Shown here one piece after another: positions 59,414-64,000 of a stretch of DNA of 64,000 nt. A program made the translations under genes and the position numbers. The stretch spans positions 515 through 64,514 of the forward strand of contig MFFY01000061.1 of the NCBI GenBank assembly GCA_001778055.1, written 5' to 3'. Positions within the stretch are counted from its first letter, which is position 1. Every line of letters starts with the position of its first letter. The notes under the pieces are model-generated. The model did not search any database, was not told the DNA's origin, and saw only the letters and a program-made list of their open reading frames with translations. The stretch comes from Candidatus Falkowbacteria bacterium RIFCSPLOWO2_12_FULL_45_13 (lineage in GTDB: Bacteria; Patescibacteriota; Patescibacteriia; Patescibacteriales; GWC2-42-12).

Positions 59414-61742
59414 ATTTACCTAAGGCCTTTATTTTGTTATTCACTTCTTCATTCCCCGGATTCAGTTCCAAAACTTTCTCTAAATATCTTAGCGCCTCCT
59501 TAATCTTTCCTTGAGCCTCATACGCTATGCCTAAGCTGTACAGGCTGTTAGAGTGCCGGGGTGAAACGGTTAGGGCCAGTTTGAACCGCTCGATAGCTTT
59601 GTCAATTTCACCGCGGTTATAATAATATCTGCCCAGTTCATAATAGACATCCGCCGTCGGGACCTGGCGCGCCAGCTCATTTAATAAACCTAGAGCCTGA
59701 TTGTCTTTTTTATTGTTTAGGTAGGTTTTGGCCAGCCAAAATTTAGCCTCATAATAATCGCTCTTCAGCGCCAAAGCGGTTTTAAAATATTCTTCCGCGT
59801 TAGCCGTCTCATTATGGTTAAAATACGCTTTGCCCAGCTCGGTGGCCAGGACCGGATTGGTCGGTTCAAGCTCAAAAGCTCGCGCGAAAGACCTGACCGC
59901 CCAAGGCTCGCTGCCGCTGGTTAACGGCCGGCTGTCGCGGTAGATCATGCCCATGGTTTCCTGGGCCAAAACCGAATGGGGCGCTAAAATTTGAGCTTGT
60001 TTGGCCATTTCTACGGCCTCCGTGATATTGGCTTTGATATTTAGATTATTTCTTTGCTCAATCGGCTTTAAAGCTTCGGCTCGGGCCTGATTTAAATAAA
60101 TTTCGGCTAAACTGATCCGATAATTATAACGGTAAGGGTTTAATTTAACCGCCGTCAGCAAATTGATTTCATCCTTGGGCTTGAGCGCGGCCATGATATC
60201 CGCGGCTAAAAATTTAACCTCAAAAGTCAAAAGAATCATCCAGCCAACGGTTAGCATAAGCAGGCCGGAAAAAAACGACCAATAAGATATCTTGCTGTTG
60301 CTTAAATCAATGATTTTTTCCTTAAACAAAGCCGGGTGGCGATTTTGCCAAAAAGCCATAACCAGGCTTAGGCCCAGCCAAAAAATAAAATTTAAAACCG
60401 TATTGGCGAGAAAAAAAAACTGGAAAAAAAATACTAAAATAAATATAGTAAAGAGAGCGGCGATTAAATTATAATCATCGCCGGCCAAAAAGTAGTTTTG
60501 GCTGGTAAAATGCTTTCTGATTAAAACGACAGTCAGATAGATTAGCAGACTAACCACCAAAAGATAGCTTAAAACCGTCAACAGCCCGCCGGTCGCCAGC
60601 ATTTCCAGAAGATGAGAACCGCTTTTATCAAACCTGATCTGCCAAAAAGGGCCATTATTTAATTCGGCCGGGCGATACCGTGAAAAGTCCGCCGCGTAAG
60701 TTCCCGGACCGCTACCCAGGGCCGGATTTTTAAAAACCGCCTCTTGGCTGACGTCCAAAGCCTGGCTGTAATCCAGCATGGCTTCTTGGGGAAATTCTCG
60801 GCCTAAAATTTTTTTAGCTAAATTTATGCCGTTAGGCTGCTCCGCCCGGCTGGAAACTGATTTCACGGGATGCGCGTTGGGCAGAGCCAGCATTAAAACG
60901 GCCAGCAGCATGAGCGCCAGCGGAAGCGATAAATAGTAATTCAATGTTTTTTTAAAATTATACCTTTGAGCCGGCTTACCAGCCGCGGCTTCGGCCTGGG
61001 CGGGCCGGCGGAATAAAATAATCAAACCAGCGCCGAGAAACAGCGAAATCCAGCTTAAAGAAAAATTAACCAGCGTTAAAACCATCAGGCAGATTATCAG
61101 GCCGGCGCGAAAAATAAAGCGGTCAAATTTATTCAAATAACCGCTAAGCAAAAAATCGGCCAGCGCCACTGCCACGACCGCCAGCAGAACCGCCAACGCC
61201 AAGAGCGAACTGCCGGCTAAATTAAGCGGCGGCCATGAAAAAGCCGAGCCTGCCTCGCCTAGGCTCGGACCGCCCAAGGCGGTGAATAAAAAAACGGCCG
61301 CTACCATGATTGAGGAATAAAGAAACAGTTTCCAAAGATCAATGATTTTTCTGGTACTGTCGGCCAGCTCGGCATTAACCATTAAAAAATAAAACAGCGC
61401 CAAACTAAATAGGCCGAACCAGGCGTCGGAAAATCTGCCGAAATAACCGAAAAATGACGAGAAGCGATCCAGGCTGAACCAGGATGAAACGGCGGTTAGC
61501 GATAAAAAAATCAATATCGGTAAATTTAAAGGGTTATTTTTAATCTTAATCTGTTTCCGCGCCGCCATTTTATAAAGCCCGATCATGGCGGCCGCGGGCA
61601 TCAAGAGCCATAGCAAAAACTGCTTAGCCAGCTCAAAGCCTTCGCTGGTCCAGGGTAAAAAAAATAAAGGCAGGAGGAAAATCACGCCCTTGATCAATAT
61701 TAAAATTGTTTTATCAAATTTGCCGGCAAAATTATCTGACAT
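59412..61742 (-). CDS. O-antigen ligase-like polytopic membrane protein with C-terminal TPR repeats
   Basis: Multi-TM region, P.LGSGPGT, LEMLATGG, TPR motifs. Confidence 0.82.
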   Translation of the reverse strand: MSDNFAGKFDKTILILIKGVIFLLPLFFLPWTSEGFELAKQFLLWLLMPAAAMIGLYKMAARKQIKIKNNPLNLPILIFLSLTAVSSWFSLDRFSSFFGYFGRFSDAWFGLFSLALFYFLMVNAELADSTRKIIDLWKLFLYSSIMVAAVFLFTALGGPSLGEAGSAFSWPPLNLAGSSLLALAVLLAVVAVALADFLLSGYLNKFDRFIFRAGLIICLMVLTLVNFSLSWISLFLGAGLIILFRRPAQAEAAAGKPAQRYNFKKTLNYYLSLPLALMLLAVLMLALPNAHPVKSVSSRAEQPNGINLAKKILGREFPQEAMLDYSQALDVSQEAVFKNPALGSGPGTYAADFSRYRPAELNNGPFWQIRFDKSGSHLLEMLATGGLLTVLSYLLVVSLLIYLTVVLIRKHFTSQNYFLAGDDYNLIAALFTIFILVFFFQFFFLANTVLNFIFWLGLSLVMAFWQNRHPALFKEKIIDLSNSKISYWSFFSGLLMLTVGWMILLTFEVKFLAADIMAALKPKDEINLLTAVKLNPYRYNYRISLAEIYLNQARAEALKPIEQRNNLNIKANITEAVEMAKQAQILAPHSVLAQETMGMIYRDSRPLTSGSEPWAVRSFARAFELEPTNPVLATELGKAYFNHNETANAEEYFKTALALKSDYYEAKFWLAKTYLNNKKDNQALGLLNELARQVPTADVYYELGRYYYNRGEIDKAIERFKLALTVSPRHSNSLYSLGIAYEAQGKIKEALRYLEKVLELNPGNEEVNNKIKALGK

Positions 61743-61846
61743 TGATTTATGTCAAAACTCAAATGTTAAATGTTAAAACTAAATCTCAAATATAAAAACT
61801 ATCAACTTAATATTAGTTTTGACATTTAAGTTATAGTTTTGAGTTT

Positions 61847-62944
61847 TTAATTTTGAAACTTGAGATGATTAAAATTATCTTCCTGCCCTTCATTCACCAT
61901 TGCTTTTTTCCCGTTTTCGCGGCTGTTAAAAATATCCTTAATAAAAATAGCCGCCACCGTGGTGACGGGTATGGAAAGAATGGCGCCGACGACCCCGGCC
62001 AGCTTAAAGCCGGCCAGCATGGCTAAAATGCTGATAATCGGATTTAAGCCCACGGCCTTTTCCATGATTTTCGGGTAGAGAAAATTACCCTCAATAAACT
62101 GTATTATATAAAATAAAATAATCACAAAAATGGCTAAGAGCGGCGTTTGCGTGAAAGCGATAAACACCGCCGGCAATGAGCCTAAAATTGCCCCCATGTA
62201 GGGTATAAAAGAAAACAGGCCGACTAAAATCGCCAATAGCAAGGCGTAATTAACGTCTAAAATTAACAGTCCGATGTAGGTCATGATGGTTAAGGCCAAA
62301 CCCAATATCAGCTGGCCGCGGAGCCAATAGCCCATTTTTATTTGCGCGCGGCGGACTAATTGCATGATATAGGGCTGATGCCTGGCCGGCGCGATTGACC
62401 AGACTAGTTTTTTCAGGCAGTTTTCCTCCACCGCCAGATAAAAAGTCAAAACCAAAATCAAAATAAAAGAAAAAATTCCGCCGAAAATATTGGTGACCGT
62501 GAAAAAAATTCCTGAAGCCGTGCTGGAGAGATAGCTGGAAAGCAGATCCAATGACCCTTGAAATTTATCATAGACGCCGTATTTTGACGAATAATCTCTT
62601 AAATCGCTGAATTTTGAATAAATAGATTCAAAGTAGCGCGGGAAATTGTTTGACAAGTCGTTAATTTCTTTTATAATTATCGGGATAATCAGATACAAAA
62701 CCAGCCCCAGAACGGCCAAGATAACCAGATATAAAAATAATACGCTGACCGACCGCGGAATCTTCTTTTTCTTCAGCCAGTCCACCCAAGGGTCCAGGCC
62801 GCTGGCGATCACCAGGGCCACAAAAAAAAGTATCAAGATGTCGCTGACTAAAGACAGAAAATAAAACAAAATAAAAATCGCGATAACTTTAAAAATCGCG
62901 GCGCTAGAAATATTAATACTGATGGGCCGTTGATTAAGTTCCAT
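61847..62944 (-). CDS. AI-2E family transporter
   Basis: WLRGQL, FIPYMG, QFIEGN.LYPKI, G.ILSIP. Confidence 0.92.
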   Translation of the reverse strand: MELNQRPISINISSAAIFKVIAIFILFYFLSLVSDILILFFVALVIASGLDPWVDWLKKKKIPRSVSVLFLYLVILAVLGLVLYLIIPIIIKEINDLSNNFPRYFESIYSKFSDLRDYSSKYGVYDKFQGSLDLLSSYLSSTASGIFFTVTNIFGGIFSFILILVLTFYLAVEENCLKKLVWSIAPARHQPYIMQLVRRAQIKMGYWLRGQLILGLALTIMTYIGLLILDVNYALLLAILVGLFSFIPYMGAILGSLPAVFIAFTQTPLLAIFVIILFYIIQFIEGNFLYPKIMEKAVGLNPIISILAMLAGFKLAGVVGAILSIPVTTVAAIFIKDIFNSRENGKKAMVNEGQEDNFNHLKFQN

Positions 62945-63040
62945 ATGTTTTTATTTTACCATATTTTACCCCCTTGATAAAGGGGCAAACCCTGGCCTTA
63001 ATCAAGCGCCAGGGCTAGAGCCGTCAGAGCCAACCAATCA

Positions 63041-63673
63041 TTAGGGTTTTTCTTCCATCAACTCCCCGATTACCACCAGCCGATTTTTTTTTGAAAAAAT
63101 CGGGTCGCAGGTATAGAGGGTTAAAGTCGGCTGGGCAGTCGGCTCTAAAATTGAAACTTCGCTGGCCGGCACGATTTTTGTCTCTTTGATCCGGTAATTA
63201 TAAATCTTATTTTTCCAGCTAAGCGAGACCAGGTCTCCGGTTATTAATTTATCAAGTAAATAAAAAGTTAAATTGTTGGGCGGCAGGTATTTAAAGCGGT
63301 GTCCGGTGATAACCGTATTGCCGCCATGATCCGGCGTGGAGCTTTCCGGTATTCTCCAGGCGCCTCGGCTTAAGCCAATTTCAGAATTTTTCGCCTCAAC
63401 AATCGGCGCGTTAACGCCGATTTTCGCGATCAGTAAACGGTTTAAGGAAATATTTTCTTCGGCCGCGGGCAAAGGGTTGGTAGGCGGTTCAGTTTGGCTG
63501 GCGGTTTTTTTTGGATCTGGCGCTTCGGCCGCGCCAGCCTGATTTAGCTGAAAATATTTATACTTCAGGGCCGGCCAAACAGGCATTATAATTAAATAAG
63601 CAGCCAGGCCAATAGCTAAAAGCTCCAGTATAAACACCAGAGCTTTTAAAATTTTATTATTATCTTTTAACAT
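63041..63673 (-). CDS. Sortase
   Basis: TM anchor, GNTVITGHR, LTLYTC, downstream R. Confidence 0.92.
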   Translation of the reverse strand: MLKDNNKILKALVFILELLAIGLAAYLIIMPVWPALKYKYFQLNQAGAAEAPDPKKTASQTEPPTNPLPAAEENISLNRLLIAKIGVNAPIVEAKNSEIGLSRGAWRIPESSTPDHGGNTVITGHRFKYLPPNNLTFYLLDKLITGDLVSLSWKNKIYNYRIKETKIVPASEVSILEPTAQPTLTLYTCDPIFSKKNRLVVIGELMEEKP

Positions 63674-63684
63674 CTTAAGCAGAT

Positions 63685-64000
63685 TTAGCGGTTTTTAAAA
63701 TAAATGTCCGCCCGCTGGTAAATAAATAAATCCTGGTTAAAAATTAAAGTTTTTTTCAGCCAGCAGCGATGTCGGCCATCGACTTTAAGGTATTTTATTT
63801 TTATAAAAGCGATTAAGCTTAATAAAATTAATAAAATTAAGATCAGGGCCATAAATTCTGAAGGTTTAAAGCCAGTATCAGCTAAAACTTTTCCGTTTGG
63901 CTTAGCGGCAACTTTTTGACCCAAAATCAGGCCGGTCGCGGGCTTGGTTATCTTATCGCCCAATACTTGCTCAACCGGCGTAATAGCAACCGCGCTGCCA
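63685..64000 (-). CDS. 3' end of a surface protein with an LPxTG-like signal (5' part outside the window)
   Basis: Frame open to the window edge; LADTG, hydrophobic helix, basic tail; directly upstream of the sortase. Confidence 0.7.
   Translation of the reverse strand, partial: GSAVAITPVEQVLGDKITKPATGLILGQKVAAKPNGKVLADTGFKPSEFMALILILLILLSLIAFIKIKYLKVDGRHRCWLKKTLIFNQDLFIYQRADIYFKNR

Overview
Bacterial chromosome segment using the standard genetic code, with most genes on the minus strand. Gene content and style suggest a Patescibacteria/CPR organism, possibly Parcubacteria of the Falkowbacteria type (inference only). Housekeeping genes: recJ, lepA, murJ, a fermentation cluster (ackA, two gpmI, eno, pgk, gap), a pilin, pilT, queH, rarA, uppS, cca, an [FeFe]-hydrogenase with a NuoF-like partner, tsf, rpsB, rpmE, prfA, prmC, rplY, rodA, gyrB, thrS, dnaE, parA, parB and a sortase. 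There are three canonical tRNAs, a nonsense-inactivated IS200 tnpA, and a purD-purB-purC(remnant) islet behind tRNA-Leu. The most unusual signals are: (1) an ORF-free, promoter-led, end-paired ~540 nt structured RNA locus (36111-36647) containing a CCA-ending tRNA-like module with no normal anticodon loop and a 54-nt variable arm; (2) many tiny palindromic elements and heptamer arrays that nest inside each other and sit in-frame in essential enzymes; (3) a T-box with an ultrashort Thr-specifier stem; (4) a 45-nt motif duplicated in front of purD and purB; (5) a ~210 nt rod-like hairpin upstream of tRNA-Leu. All base pairings were read by eye; no folding program or database search was run.
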